Positions 1 to 10,026 of a stretch of DNA of 64,000 nucleotides are shown in pieces. Numbering within the stretch: the stretch's first letter is position 1; every line of letters begins with the position of its first letter. The notes below the pieces were generated by a model. The model did no database searches. It was not told the DNA's origin and worked only from the letters and a program-made list of their open reading frames with translations. The stretch comes from Pseudomonadota bacterium (lineage in GTDB: Bacteria > Bdellovibrionota_B > Oligoflexia > Silvanigrellales > Silvanigrellaceae): the NCBI GenBank assembly GCA_039799905.1, contig JBDLRP010000042.1, positions 1 through 64,000 on the forward strand, given 5' to 3'. The position numbers were made by a program, and so were the translations under genes.

Positions 1-346
1 GACATCACAACTGCCTCCACTCACCATCGCTTTCTCTTTGATTGTTGTTACTGCCTGTGGCAGCGGTGGATTCAGCACAACCAACGACAGCAAGACCAGC
101 GCAAGCCTTTCTGCGACCGACAACAACCAGAGCGGAAGTGGAAAAGTTTCCACGAAGTCGGGCGACTCAGCAGCGGCTGATGGTGAGACAAAAAAAGAAT
201 GTGACGCTGCGCAAGCAGCACAGACAACCGACGCAGCACAGACTTCAGGCAAAGAAGAAGAAAGCGGCTGCCATGATGATCACGACAAGGATGACGAGCA
301 TGACTCAGCCGACAAGTCAGAGAAAGAGGAAGACTGCGAGGATTAA
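1..346 (+). CDS. Putative lipoprotein, 5'-truncated, low complexity with acidic/His-rich tail
   Basis: Frame is open from the window edge. A hydrophobic stretch ends in VVTA-C, followed by a Ser/Thr/Ala-rich region and CHDDHDKDDEHD; TAA ends at 346. Confidence 0.6.
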   Translation, partial: TSQLPPLTIAFSLIVVTACGSGGFSTTNDSKTSASLSATDNNQSGSGKVSTKSGDSAAADGETKKECDAAQAAQTTDAAQTSGKEEESGCHDDHDKDDEHDSADKSEKEEDCED

Positions 347-349
347 AAC

Positions 350-1858
350 TCAGTTGTAATAGGGCCTGAAATCAAAACGGTACTGAACACCGTTCAGCGC
401 ATAGGTCACCGCAATGGAGCGCGGTTCGCAGTTGCCCAATGAGCCATTCGGATTGGTCGGAAACAATGCTCCCAGCGCGCTGAAATCGACTGTCATTGGC
501 ACGGCCGTCGTGCTGGCGAATGGCTCAAATACGTTGCTCTTGCCATTGCACTGGCTGTCAAACTGCATGTCCGCGCCGATATCACTCACGTTACGTGCAA
601 AAGAGGAAAGATCAGTCACTTTTTCATAGGAAGAAGTGGCTGCGTTCCAAAGATTCCACTCCACTTCAATCCGTGAAATTTTGTTGGCACCATCGACAAC
701 TGTCTTTACACTCGGGACGTAAACCACGACGTTGCCATTAGCATCAATCGGATCTGCTGTTTTGAGATCGTAACGCCCCACTTCAACATTATCCATCTCG
801 AGCAACCACACTCCGGCCGGCATCTTGCCGTCATAGCCGCCGCCGCCCCAGTTGAAGCCAATTGGCATGTCGGTCACTCCCGGACGCGATTCCTTGTACA
901 CATAGAACTGACCGTCGGCAGCAAACGACGGACTGCTGCACGAACTGCGACCTCCGCCTTCGGAGTTCATGGCCGGCGTGTTCAGATTCGTGAGCACGCT
1001 GTACTCTTCTTTCGTATCGCAAGCATTATTCTTACACAGTGCTGGTTTGTTGCCGGCCGGCGGGGTCAGTTTGAGCTTGCGCGCCGCGCTCGCGCCATTG
1101 CAGAAATCATCAGCCGTGACACCGCTCCACTTGGCAATGAAGTACAGACCATAGCCGTTGTACTTTGAGTCGGCGACAGCCGTGTATGCATTCTTCGTCT
1201 TGCCCATGTTGCCGTTAAAGACCATATAGGGCTTGGCAAAGAAATAATCACCATTGTCTTTGAAGTTGGCCACCACGTTGATGAGCTGACGAGCCGAGTC
1301 ATCCGTGCGAGCCAGCTCTTTCATCTTCGACAACTCAAGCGAGAATGCCGACTGCACGTCGTCGGTCTTTTTGCCCGAGACGAATTCCTTGCCCGCTGAA
1401 TCAGCGCTCATGGTTCCCATGTCGATCGACTGTTTGCCTTCCTTTGCCGGAATACGCATCAACGAACCGCTGTCATCCTTGAGCGAAAGGACACCACGAA
1501 TTCCTTCGAGGCGGTTGGCAGCCTTGCTGTCGACGGCCACAAGCAACACATCACCCTGCTCGGTATTGACAGAAGCAGTAAACTTGCCGTCCGCACCAAC
1601 ATCAAAAGTCTGCAGATTCTCTTTGCGGAAACTGTAGATATTCTCGATCGTCTTTGCCGGAATGGCGTAAATCTTGTCAGGCGCGCCGGCAACCTCAAGC
1701 AATTGTGAACTGCCAATCGCGAGTTGTCCCGAAACGCTGAACTGAGAATTGACCTGTTCATCGATAGGTTGTGATTTTTTCTTTCCACACGAACCGGCCG
1801 CAAGTGCCGCGATGGTAAAGAGTCCGACTGATACAAGACGCACGTTCCGTTGTGTCAC
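350..1858 (-). CDS. Hypothetical lipoprotein (~500 aa)
   Basis: GGAGGTG RBS upstream of GTG at 1858; signal peptide ends in AAGS-C-GKKK; long ORF; no family recognised. Confidence 0.8.
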   Translation of the reverse strand: MTQRNVRLVSVGLFTIAALAAGSCGKKKSQPIDEQVNSQFSVSGQLAIGSSQLLEVAGAPDKIYAIPAKTIENIYSFRKENLQTFDVGADGKFTASVNTEQGDVLLVAVDSKAANRLEGIRGVLSLKDDSGSLMRIPAKEGKQSIDMGTMSADSAGKEFVSGKKTDDVQSAFSLELSKMKELARTDDSARQLINVVANFKDNGDYFFAKPYMVFNGNMGKTKNAYTAVADSKYNGYGLYFIAKWSGVTADDFCNGASAARKLKLTPPAGNKPALCKNNACDTKEEYSVLTNLNTPAMNSEGGGRSSCSSPSFAADGQFYVYKESRPGVTDMPIGFNWGGGGYDGKMPAGVWLLEMDNVEVGRYDLKTADPIDANGNVVVYVPSVKTVVDGANKISRIEVEWNLWNAATSSYEKVTDLSSFARNVSDIGADMQFDSQCNGKSNVFEPFASTTAVPMTVDFSALGALFPTNPNGSLGNCEPRSIAVTYALNGVQYRFDFRPYYN

Positions 1859-1975
1859 GATATCACCTCCGCACAGCAATTCGATTTTCAACTCTGACGA
1901 AAAAAATTCGACTGGCGAAGTTTATCGCCGCGCGGATGGGGGCGCAGCTGATGGTCAATAAATTGACAGGCAAGG

Positions 1976-3007
1976 TTACGCCGATACTCTGTCGGTCGCC
2001 AGTGTGCGCCGCGAGTCGCGGAAATGTTGGATTGTCAGAACAACAACCCCACCCATAATCAGCACTGAGCCGAGTATCATCGGCAACGTGATGGGTTCGC
2101 TCAAAATACTTTGCGAAAGGAAGAGGCCAAACAGAGTCTGAAGACACACAAAACCGCCCACCAGACTGGGTTTGACCCGCTGTAAGGCCCACGTGTTGAG
2201 AAAATAGGTCAGCGCCGTAGCACCCAACAGCAAAAAACCAAGCCCGTACCAAAAACTCGCTGGCAAAAGCGCTGGGTCGGCGCTCAAAAGCAACGACTCG
2301 GGGCGCTCCAAAAGGCCAATATTTGTCGCCTGCGCGAACAGCAGCATCACCAACACATTCAGAAGGCATCCATAGACGAAAAACAAGAGACTGAAGCGCA
2401 GCCCACCCACACGCGTCGGCAATTGACCAACGAGTGCAAGATAAAAAGCATAGCTGGCCGCGCTTAAAACATTCAACGAGTCTGCCCACGCAGCACCCGA
2501 TGCGCCGACGGCCGGAAGTGTTTGTGTGAAGGGATTGATGACCAGCAGCACTCCCACGCCGCCCAGCACAATGGAAAAAAGCGATGAAGTGCGAAAGCTT
2601 TCGCGCCCAAGCAGAACGGAAAATAAAAGCGTAAACAGGGCAATCGACGGCGAAATGATCGATGCGACTGCTGCGGTTGTCTGCGGAAGGGCGATGAACA
2701 GGGCCATCTGATTGAACGTGATACCAAAGAACGCCAGCAGAAGGATGCGTGCATGCACCGAGAGTGGCAAGCGCTGAGAGATAGAGCCACCTTCGAGCGC
2801 GTCTGCGCGCTGTTGTAGGGCTGCGCTCCGTCGCTCCGCGCCTGAAAAAATCTTATGCAGGACAAAAAAGAAAACGGCGGCAAAAAGACTGCGCAACACA
2901 ACCACAAAAAATGGGTGCGCGTACGCCAGTACGAACTTCGACGCGACAGGCAAAGCGCCAAACATAAGCTGGACAACCAGAAGAGCAAGAACTGGCTGAA
3001 GGTGCAT
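1976..3007 (-). CDS. DMT/EamA family transporter
   Basis: About 10 hydrophobic segments in two EamA-like repeats (LLGRES; LSEPIT...ILGSVLIMGGV). Confidence 0.88.
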   Translation of the reverse strand: MHLQPVLALLVVQLMFGALPVASKFVLAYAHPFFVVVLRSLFAAVFFFVLHKIFSGAERRSAALQQRADALEGGSISQRLPLSVHARILLLAFFGITFNQMALFIALPQTTAAVASIISPSIALFTLLFSVLLGRESFRTSSLFSIVLGGVGVLLVINPFTQTLPAVGASGAAWADSLNVLSAASYAFYLALVGQLPTRVGGLRFSLLFFVYGCLLNVLVMLLFAQATNIGLLERPESLLLSADPALLPASFWYGLGFLLLGATALTYFLNTWALQRVKPSLVGGFVCLQTLFGLFLSQSILSEPITLPMILGSVLIMGGVVVLTIQHFRDSRRTLATDRVSA

Positions 3008-3039
3008 ACGAACTCCCGCTGTTCACACGACAGACCTCG

Positions 3040-4233
3040 TCAGACGAACAGCACGCATGCAGGCATATGACTGCAATTATGGATCATGAACGCAGAGGAA
3101 TGAGCATCCGGCGGCAACAGTGCAGCCTGCCCGGCAGAGACTGCCAAATCAAAGGCTTTCTGACCAGCGCTTATCCGCACTTCACCCGAGATGACATACA
3201 GAAGCGAGGGAACGTCCTGATTACTTTTCGGGGCTGAAACGGCGGTGTCGCCGATGAGATTGCATTTCTGAACCGCGAATTCAGGAAAATCGACAATCTT
3301 CAACCAACAGTTTGCCTCGTCCGAGAATTGTTGCGCGTCGGACACGTTGAAACGGGCAAGTTCAACCGCACGCCGCGTGTCCCAGTGGCTCTGCGTGCGG
3401 ACTTTTTGATTGAACGCAAGGATGAGTCGTTCGTAGGTCGGGGTTTGGAATTCAACCACCCGCACACCCGGCTGCAGACTGTGCGCAACAAATGGAGGAA
3501 CGCAGATGACGTCGCCCACTGCGACCAGCCGGACAGCAAAGTAGCTTTTGAGCTGCAGCCAACGGTTTTCTGCCTCGGCCTGCAGTTCAACTTCTGTTCC
3601 CGCAATAGACTGCGGCAACGATTCCGCGCCGCGTTCGCCGTCCAAGACTCTGCGCACGGCTTCGTACCGCTCGACAGACTCGATCAGCGATTCACGGAAA
3701 GCGCTCTCGTTGCCTGCAAACTCTGCAAGTTTGGTATCGCTGAACCCGTAGAGCAACTGCCCCATGCCCTCGGGATAAAGCTCCGGCGAGACATGCGTGA
3801 CGATGTAGGTTTCCCACTTCTCCTCATGCACTTCGATGTAAAGATTTCCGCGTCGGCGGTCCGCAAGTGGATCGAGAATTTTCAGCAGTGGAGGAGTTTG
3901 AATTTCGCGATCCGTGCCGGCAATCAACGCAAGATACTCCGGCAGCGACAGGAGAGTTCCTGCATGCGTGCGCACGGAGCACACACCGCGAGTCTCAATC
4001 CCGCTATACCAGATTTCCGCTCCCCATGGTTTTTCTTCGCGGTGGGTTTGCAAGAGCACAGGCGCATGAAGATTCACCCATGTTGATTTCGGCAGGAGCT
4101 CTGCACTCGCAGCAGTTCGGCCCCAGCACTCGCCGGCATCGTCAAACCGTTCAAAGAACACAGACGGCAGCGCGACACCCGTCCACCACCTCGCCAGATC
4201 GACACTCCAGACTTGACCGCTGCGTGGTTTCAA
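3040..4233 (-). CDS. Cupin protein, class I mannose-6-phosphate isomerase-like
   Basis: KPWG..E.W, PLLKILD, EVH...K.E and H.L..G..V.EFQ motifs plus a C-terminal cupin. Confidence 0.6.
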   Translation of the reverse strand: MKPRSGQVWSVDLARWWTGVALPSVFFERFDDAGECWGRTAASAELLPKSTWVNLHAPVLLQTHREEKPWGAEIWYSGIETRGVCSVRTHAGTLLSLPEYLALIAGTDREIQTPPLLKILDPLADRRRGNLYIEVHEEKWETYIVTHVSPELYPEGMGQLLYGFSDTKLAEFAGNESAFRESLIESVERYEAVRRVLDGERGAESLPQSIAGTEVELQAEAENRWLQLKSYFAVRLVAVGDVICVPPFVAHSLQPGVRVVEFQTPTYERLILAFNQKVRTQSHWDTRRAVELARFNVSDAQQFSDEANCWLKIVDFPEFAVQKCNLIGDTAVSAPKSNQDVPSLLYVISGEVRISAGQKAFDLAVSAGQAALLPPDAHSSAFMIHNCSHMPACVLFV

Positions 4234-4241
4234 TCAAACTC

Positions 4242-5054
4242 CTACTTCTGACAACGCGCACACCACCAGCTGCTGCGACCCGAGTGCGCACGCCTGCGAA
4301 CAAGCCCCGCACAGCCTTCCGTGGCACACCGCTCGCCCTCCCGATCGTACACGAGGTGCAGCTCTTGGAATCCGCCCGACTCTCCGTGCAGCCTCCGGTA
4401 AGTTGAGACCGTCGAACCACCTGCATCGATCGCCCGTTCCAGCAGCGGCGGAATCACCGAGGCAAGCTTCAAATATTCAACACTCTTGATACGCGCGCAA
4501 CGCCGGAACGGTGAAATTCCCGACCGAAAAAGAGCCTCGAGCGCATAGATATTGCCCAAGCCACCAATCAGCGCCTGATCCATGAGGGCATCCTTGATGC
4601 TGCGCTGTGATTTGCGAAATGCAGGAGTTGAAAAAACATCCCGCAAACTCAATTCGCTCAGGGGATCCGCAGCGCGCGAGATTTCGGAGTCAGCATTCAC
4701 CGGTTTCCAAAATCCGAATCGGCGAGGATCGATGAATCCAAGTGCGCTGCCATCGGCAAACAGCAACGTCACATGCTCATGAAGAGCACGTTTGGGATAT
4801 TCCGAGGGCAAAAACGAACCACTCATTCCCAAACTCACGGCCACCATCCCGTGCTCGGTTGAAAGAACGAGTTGTTTGGCAACCCTCCTCGCTCCGGCAA
4901 AAGTGCTGCCACGTGCAAAGATCTTCGTCAGCGAGCCGACATCAAACGGGAAGCGCAAGTCAGCACGATGAAAATGAATGGCTTTAATTTGCTTGCCGGC
5001 ATACTCACGACGCAGGGCAAGCGCAAAAGACTCGACTTCTGGCAACTCCGGCAT
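4242..5054 (-). CDS. mutM: Formamidopyrimidine-DNA glycosylase (Fpg)
   Basis: N-terminal MPELPEVE, LGMSG, DPRRFG, GLGNIY (H2TH) and a C-terminal zinc finger. Confidence 0.95.
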   Translation of the reverse strand: MPELPEVESFALALRREYAGKQIKAIHFHRADLRFPFDVGSLTKIFARGSTFAGARRVAKQLVLSTEHGMVAVSLGMSGSFLPSEYPKRALHEHVTLLFADGSALGFIDPRRFGFWKPVNADSEISRAADPLSELSLRDVFSTPAFRKSQRSIKDALMDQALIGGLGNIYALEALFRSGISPFRRCARIKSVEYLKLASVIPPLLERAIDAGGSTVSTYRRLHGESGGFQELHLVYDREGERCATEGCAGLVRRRAHSGRSSWWCARCQK

Positions 5055-5059
5055 GCAGA

Positions 5060-5632
5060 TCAGTCTCCTCTGCGCGAAAGGGCGTATCTCCAGAGTTGCT
5101 TTTGGCTCAATATGTACTGTTCATCAAGCTCCCTCAAACGAGTGCTGAGAACGCGCGCAAAATTGGCATAAAATCGTTGGGCCAGCTGCGGATTATCGCC
5201 CAGCTCCAGCGCGAGTGCCTGACCATCAAGATAATAAGCCACCACCCGAGTTTGCGAAGCCACTGTGGCGCTGCGTGGCTTGCTGTCGAGAAAGCTCATC
5301 TCACCGAAACAACTTCCGGCGTTCAGGTGGGTCAGCAGATGCCCTTCATCGGTGCCGCCTTTTCCAGACTTGTAGACCGCAACTTGCCCCTCTAAAACAA
5401 GGAACATTCCGACCGAACTCTCGCCCTCGATGATAATATTTGTCGCCGCGCGGTAGACGCGAATCTCGCCGAGAGAGTAAACTTTCTCCAATTCGGCCTG
5501 AGAGAATTCGGCAAAAATCGGCAACTTCTGCAGCAGGGCAGCCCCGTGATACGGATTGAGGTAATCTTGTGAAAAGCTGGTTTCTGCCGACACCATTCGA
5601 AATCGGACCTCCAGTTCGAAGGATCGGTACAT
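5060..5632 (-). CDS. Stand-alone cyclic-nucleotide-binding domain protein
   Basis: IIIEG, G.V.V and FGEMSFLDSKPRSATV phosphate-binding cassette; no HTH. True start may be 5596. Confidence 0.85.
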   Translation of the reverse strand: MYRSFELEVRFRMVSAETSFSQDYLNPYHGAALLQKLPIFAEFSQAELEKVYSLGEIRVYRAATNIIIEGESSVGMFLVLEGQVAVYKSGKGGTDEGHLLTHLNAGSCFGEMSFLDSKPRSATVASQTRVVAYYLDGQALALELGDNPQLAQRFYANFARVLSTRLRELDEQYILSQKQLWRYALSRRGD

Positions 5633-5664
5633 TTTTGCACTTCTTGATTCGGGAAATCTGACAC

Positions 5665-6141
5665 ATGGAATTGGTCGCAGTACAAATCAAGACATTAAGA
5701 GCAGGAGAAGTGGTTGTTTACCGTGGCCTGCAAAACGCACATCAGCTTTCCGCTGGACAGCAGAAAGGCAAATATTTCTACAAGCTGGCAATCGTCGTGG
5801 CGGTTTCCAAGGAGGAAGTCGTTTTGTCCCCCTTCACAGCCCTGTGGGACGACGATGAAACCACAATGCCGACAGGCGGCGGCAGCCAGCGCATTCCAAA
5901 AAGCATCCCCGCGGCGGAGGTCAACGAGTCACTCGCCAAGCCTGTCCTTGAACTCGGTGATGCACTCAATCACCGCGGCAGACCCGCGCGTGTGAGTGAC
6001 ACAAGACCCAACGACCTGCATGTTTCGCTCAAGTACGAGGACGCGGCCGGCGGAGATTTTTATGGAAATCTGATTTGGATGGACGTCTCGCCCACGCTAG
6101 ACCTTCTTCGTGACAGGGCGGCGTGGCCCGCCCTCCCGTGA
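5665..6141 (+). CDS. Hypothetical protein
   Basis: 158-aa ATG ORF filling the gap between minus-strand genes, with protein-like composition; 3' end overlaps hisIE. Confidence 0.65.
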   Translation: MELVAVQIKTLRAGEVVVYRGLQNAHQLSAGQQKGKYFYKLAIVVAVSKEEVVLSPFTALWDDDETTMPTGGGSQRIPKSIPAAEVNESLAKPVLELGDALNHRGRPARVSDTRPNDLHVSLKYEDAAGGDFYGNLIWMDVSPTLDLLRDRAAWPALP

Positions 6142-6828
6142 GCGCAGGACGTCCATAACGTCTGAAGGCTTCTTCTCCAGCGCAATGAGTGTCGCAAGCC
6201 AGTGGTACAACAAATCCGCCGATTCCTCTAAAAACTCTTGCGCGTCTCCGGTTATGGATGTGTTTTTGGCGGCAAGAATGGTTTCGGTCGACTCCTCTCC
6301 CAATTTTCGCAGCACACGATCAATTCCCGCTTGCAAAAGTTTATAGGTATAACTTTCCTTGTCGGCTCCGCCGGCACGCTCCTGCATGGTTGTGAAAAGG
6401 CGTGAGAGAACAGACCAACCAACGTCCGTTTCCGCAAATTCACCCGCACTCTTCTGAGCATCGAAGCATGTTGTTGAATTGCGGTGGCACGCCGGACCCT
6501 GCGCTTCAACCAGTGCGAGCAAGGTGTCGCCGTCACAGTCCAAAAGCAGCCGTCTGATGTTGAAAACATGCCCCGACGTTGCGCCTTTTTTCCACAATTC
6601 CGCGCGGCTGCGCGACCAAAAAACAACCTGCCCGCAGCTGATGCTCTCCGCCAGAGATTCCTGCGAAACATAGCCGAGCATCAGAACTTGCCCCGAGTGC
6701 AGATCCTGACACACCAGCGGAAGGACTGGCGGCTGGCCGGCTGCAAAAGCAATTGCTTTGCTCCAATCCGGAGTCACAGCAGCACCCTCAATCAGAACTT
6801 CCGAGCGAGATTTTTCATTTTCACTCAT
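6097..6828 (-). CDS. hisIE: Bifunctional phosphoribosyl-AMP cyclohydrolase / phosphoribosyl-ATP pyrophosphatase
   Basis: FWSRSR..LW.KG.TSGH, DCDGD and GPACH..CF, followed by SYT..L, KLGEE and ESADLLYH. Confidence 0.95.
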   Translation of the reverse strand: MSENEKSRSEVLIEGAAVTPDWSKAIAFAAGQPPVLPLVCQDLHSGQVLMLGYVSQESLAESISCGQVVFWSRSRAELWKKGATSGHVFNIRRLLLDCDGDTLLALVEAQGPACHRNSTTCFDAQKSAGEFAETDVGWSVLSRLFTTMQERAGGADKESYTYKLLQAGIDRVLRKLGEESTETILAAKNTSITGDAQEFLEESADLLYHWLATLIALEKKPSDVMDVLRSREGGPRRPVTKKV

Positions 6829-6938
6829 GTGCGAAACTTTCCCATGACAAAACCCACTGCGAAACGCTGAATCAAGAAGCAGGTTGTGAAAGAATTCAGA
6901 CAGTCAACCAATGCCCAGACACCACAGGAGACTTTTCC

Positions 6939-7412
6939 ATGAATGTCTTCCGAACTGCAACAACACAGGCCATCCGCGACATCATCTCTGACCACGGTAC
7001 GGCCAACCGTTTTGGTATGAGCCTTACCGATGCCGACATCGATGCCATTTGCACGCGGGTGGTCGATTTGTTTGAAATGACACTCAATTTAAGGGCACAG
7101 ATCGGACTTGCGGGTCAGCCGCAAGAAGCGGCCACACAACAAAAACCGTCCCAGTCAGCAATGCGGCCATCCCGTTGGGAAAATGAGAGTGCCTCGGTCC
7201 CCAAAAGCAAGGCGGCCTCAGAGCTCTATGACCTCTCGCACCTCGAAGGACAGCGTGTGCGGAGCGACTCCCTGCCGCGTTTTGCGCCAGAAAAAGATCC
7301 CGCGGTCGAGCTCAAATTGCCGAGAAAAAGGATTAACGTGAGCAGCGACGAGAAAGAGATTCTCATGCGCAGAGCGCAGGCGCCTTCAGTCGCGCTGACT
7401 CAGACGCCCTGA
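6939..7412 (+). CDS. Hypothetical protein
   Basis: AGGAG RBS before ATG 6939; small helical N-terminus and disordered C-terminus. Confidence 0.7.
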   Translation: MNVFRTATTQAIRDIISDHGTANRFGMSLTDADIDAICTRVVDLFEMTLNLRAQIGLAGQPQEAATQQKPSQSAMRPSRWENESASVPKSKAASELYDLSHLEGQRVRSDSLPRFAPEKDPAVELKLPRKRINVSSDEKEILMRRAQAPSVALTQTP

Positions 7413-7904
7413 ACGCGCGGGGCCAACACCGCGCCCCTTGAGCACAGCAACGAGCCTCATGAAACAGGGCAGGTCGCCGCTGATTTTCACCATTCCATTC
7501 AGATAGGCCACCTTGGCCCGCAAATTACCCTGCAACAAACGCCGCAGGGTGTTCGCGTCTGTTTGCACGCTCACCCTGACATGCCCGTCCGCAATCGTGC
7601 GCACGACATCCACGCCCAACTCGACCGGATGACCCATATCCGAGCGCAGTGGTTGATCGGGCGAGCTCCAGCGCGCACTCGACACTGCGTCGGGCGTTAC
7701 CATCACTAAAAACAGCGGTGATCCGTCGATAACAAACAAATAATCGCCACGGAAACCATCGCGTTCGGCTTGCGGTAACGACTGGAGGTCGGCAATCACC
7801 CATGCCCTAAAGTCGTCAGCGACAGCCCAAAGGCTATCGGAAGACACGTCCTGAGCGGAGGTCGGACCGCCCGTGCGGATGATGGTCGGGCTTGGATGGA
7901 ACAT
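7386..7904 (-). CDS. SCP2 sterol/lipid-binding domain protein
   Basis: C-terminal LLQGNL.AKVAYLNG.VKISGD pattern typical of SCP2 domains. Confidence 0.75.
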   Translation of the reverse strand: MFHPSPTIIRTGGPTSAQDVSSDSLWAVADDFRAWVIADLQSLPQAERDGFRGDYLFVIDGSPLFLVMVTPDAVSSARWSSPDQPLRSDMGHPVELGVDVVRTIADGHVRVSVQTDANTLRRLLQGNLRAKVAYLNGMVKISGDLPCFMRLVAVLKGRGVGPARSGRLSQRD

Positions 7905-8021
7905 CGGTGGGGTGCTCTCCGTGAAGCCGTAAACTTCGGACTCATTCAGTTCTAAACTGGACGTGCATTAAAGCATCCGAATCAGGGTGTCCACCGTGTC
8001 TGGGTGCAAAGGGCTAATTAA

Positions 8022-9920
8022 CTATTTTTTACAATCACGCAGTTCAAGCTTGCGAATCCGCATGCGGTTGGCTTCCGAACGCGGGATTATTTCCTCGAAC
8101 GTCCCCGTCCGGCAGTTGGGGTGAATCACGCGGAAGCGTTGCGGCACTCCCACAGAAATCAGCTTGAAGACGTAGGGTGAAGTGCCCGAATCCCATCCGT
8201 CGGTGTGCAAAACCTGCGCTCCTGCGGGCGAAGTTATGATCTTGAGCTGTGCTGTCGGTACAGACGTATCCTTTTCAAAAATGATATTCTCGACGACCTT
8301 TGAATTCGCGCTGCTAATTTTAAACTCCAGCTGTTTTGGCTGCAGACCCGGCCGCTTGAGCTCCAGAACGTGGTCGCCCGAGGGAACATTCAGCTGCAAA
8401 GGCATGGACAGAGGTTTGCCCTTGTTGAGCGGCTGGCCGTTGAGTTCCGCAATGACCTTAATGTCGGACGGACTCGAACTGATGTTCACCGTGCCAACCA
8501 CCGAAGTATTTTTATTGCGCATATAGAGCATGCCCACAAACAACGCCGCCATGGCAATCATCAACACGAGGAGCGGAAGTAACAGACTGTTGGACTGGCG
8601 AGCTCGCCTTGCGGACGGTTCAAAATAGGCCGATGGCGGCATTTCGCTTGTGGCCATCGTGGCGGCAGTCCTGTTGCGCTGAACTTTGAGCGAACTGTTG
8701 CCTTGCCTGTTTGCGGGCATTGCGCTGACTTTGCTGATCTCAAGCGACGACGTGTTGTCTTCGAGAACGAGTTCGTTCTTGCGTGCGGGTTGCCCCAGCG
8801 CAAAAGCCGAACCGCTGCGGATCGACCCACCCGACTTCTGCAACTGATTGCGCGCATTGGTCATGTTGGCCGACAGATCCACCACCTGCACAGAATCAGT
8901 CGCATCGGAGCGTCTTCCGCCGGCCTGACTGCGCAGGACGGTATCGAATGAACCCACGGGCAACGCCAGCGTGGAGCGCAACCGCTCACGAGCTGCTTCA
9001 AGCTTTTCAGCAAAAACATCGTGCATGAATTCGGACAGCTCGCCAATGAAGAAGTCCGGCCTATGTTTATAGAGGAAACGACTCAGGTCACGGACCGCCT
9101 CACGGCCTGTCTGATACCTTTGCAAAGGATCCCGCGCGAGCAGACGCATGACAATCGCATCGAGCTCGGGCGGAACACCGCTGTTGTTCACCTGACTGGG
9201 CGGGCGTATCTGGCAGGCGCGGACCGCCTCAAGAACAGCGAGATCCTCACCCTTGAAAAGGCGAGTCATCGTCAGCATCTCGAACAAAATGATTCCAACG
9301 GCAAAGAGGTCGGAGCGTGCATCGATATTGTAGCCGCTGGCCTGCTCCGGACTCATGTATCGGAATTTGCCTTTGAGGACACCCACGCGCGTGTTGGATG
9401 CCTGATTTTCAGCTTTTGCAATGCCGAAGTCAGTGATCTTAACATCCCCGTCATAGCTGAGAAGAACATTCTGAGGGCTGACGTCACGATGAATGATGCC
9501 CATCGACTTGCCGCTGACGTCCACCGCAGCGTGCGCGTAGGACAAGCCCGACAATGTTTCCATGGCAATATAACAAGCTATCTCGATAGGAATGCGCTTC
9601 TTCTTTTGCTCGGCACCCGAGAGCAAAGCGCGCAGATCCTGACCATCGACAAACTCCATGACCAGCATGTAGCTCGTCCCGTCGGAGACAAAGTCATGCA
9701 CCTGCACGATATTTTTGTTCTGCAACTGTTTGGCGACCTGCGCCTCGTTGCGGAACATCTCGACGAACTCGTTGTCTTGGGCAAAATGCGGAAGAATCCG
9801 CTTGAAGGCGCAGACTCGGGCAAAACCATCCAAACCCACGCTCTTGCCGAGGTGGATTTCAGCCATACCACCTTGCGCAATGCGCTCCGTGAGTATGTAT
9901 TTTGGTTGGCCTGTCGCCAT
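8022..9920 (-). CDS. Membrane Hanks-type Ser/Thr protein kinase with PEGA-like extracytoplasmic domains
   Basis: GGMAE, AFKR, HRDVSPQN, DFGIAK and KGKFRYMSPEQ; one TM helix (LLLPLLVLMIAMAALFVGML); SSPS/TSPAGA PEGA-like repeats. Confidence 0.93.
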   Translation of the reverse strand: MATGQPKYILTERIAQGGMAEIHLGKSVGLDGFARVCAFKRILPHFAQDNEFVEMFRNEAQVAKQLQNKNIVQVHDFVSDGTSYMLVMEFVDGQDLRALLSGAEQKKKRIPIEIACYIAMETLSGLSYAHAAVDVSGKSMGIIHRDVSPQNVLLSYDGDVKITDFGIAKAENQASNTRVGVLKGKFRYMSPEQASGYNIDARSDLFAVGIILFEMLTMTRLFKGEDLAVLEAVRACQIRPPSQVNNSGVPPELDAIVMRLLARDPLQRYQTGREAVRDLSRFLYKHRPDFFIGELSEFMHDVFAEKLEAARERLRSTLALPVGSFDTVLRSQAGGRRSDATDSVQVVDLSANMTNARNQLQKSGGSIRSGSAFALGQPARKNELVLEDNTSSLEISKVSAMPANRQGNSSLKVQRNRTAATMATSEMPPSAYFEPSARRARQSNSLLLPLLVLMIAMAALFVGMLYMRNKNTSVVGTVNISSSPSDIKVIAELNGQPLNKGKPLSMPLQLNVPSGDHVLELKRPGLQPKQLEFKISSANSKVVENIIFEKDTSVPTAQLKIITSPAGAQVLHTDGWDSGTSPYVFKLISVGVPQRFRVIHPNCRTGTFEEIIPRSEANRMRIRKLELRDCKK

Positions 9921-10026
9921 GCTTGCACGTCACCTTTTTTAGCGCTTGGCACCCGCCTGCACAGGCTGGCACTTCGCGTCTTCAGGTGTATCGGTGAGGA
10001 TGACAGAGATTTAATGTGTCAAAAAA

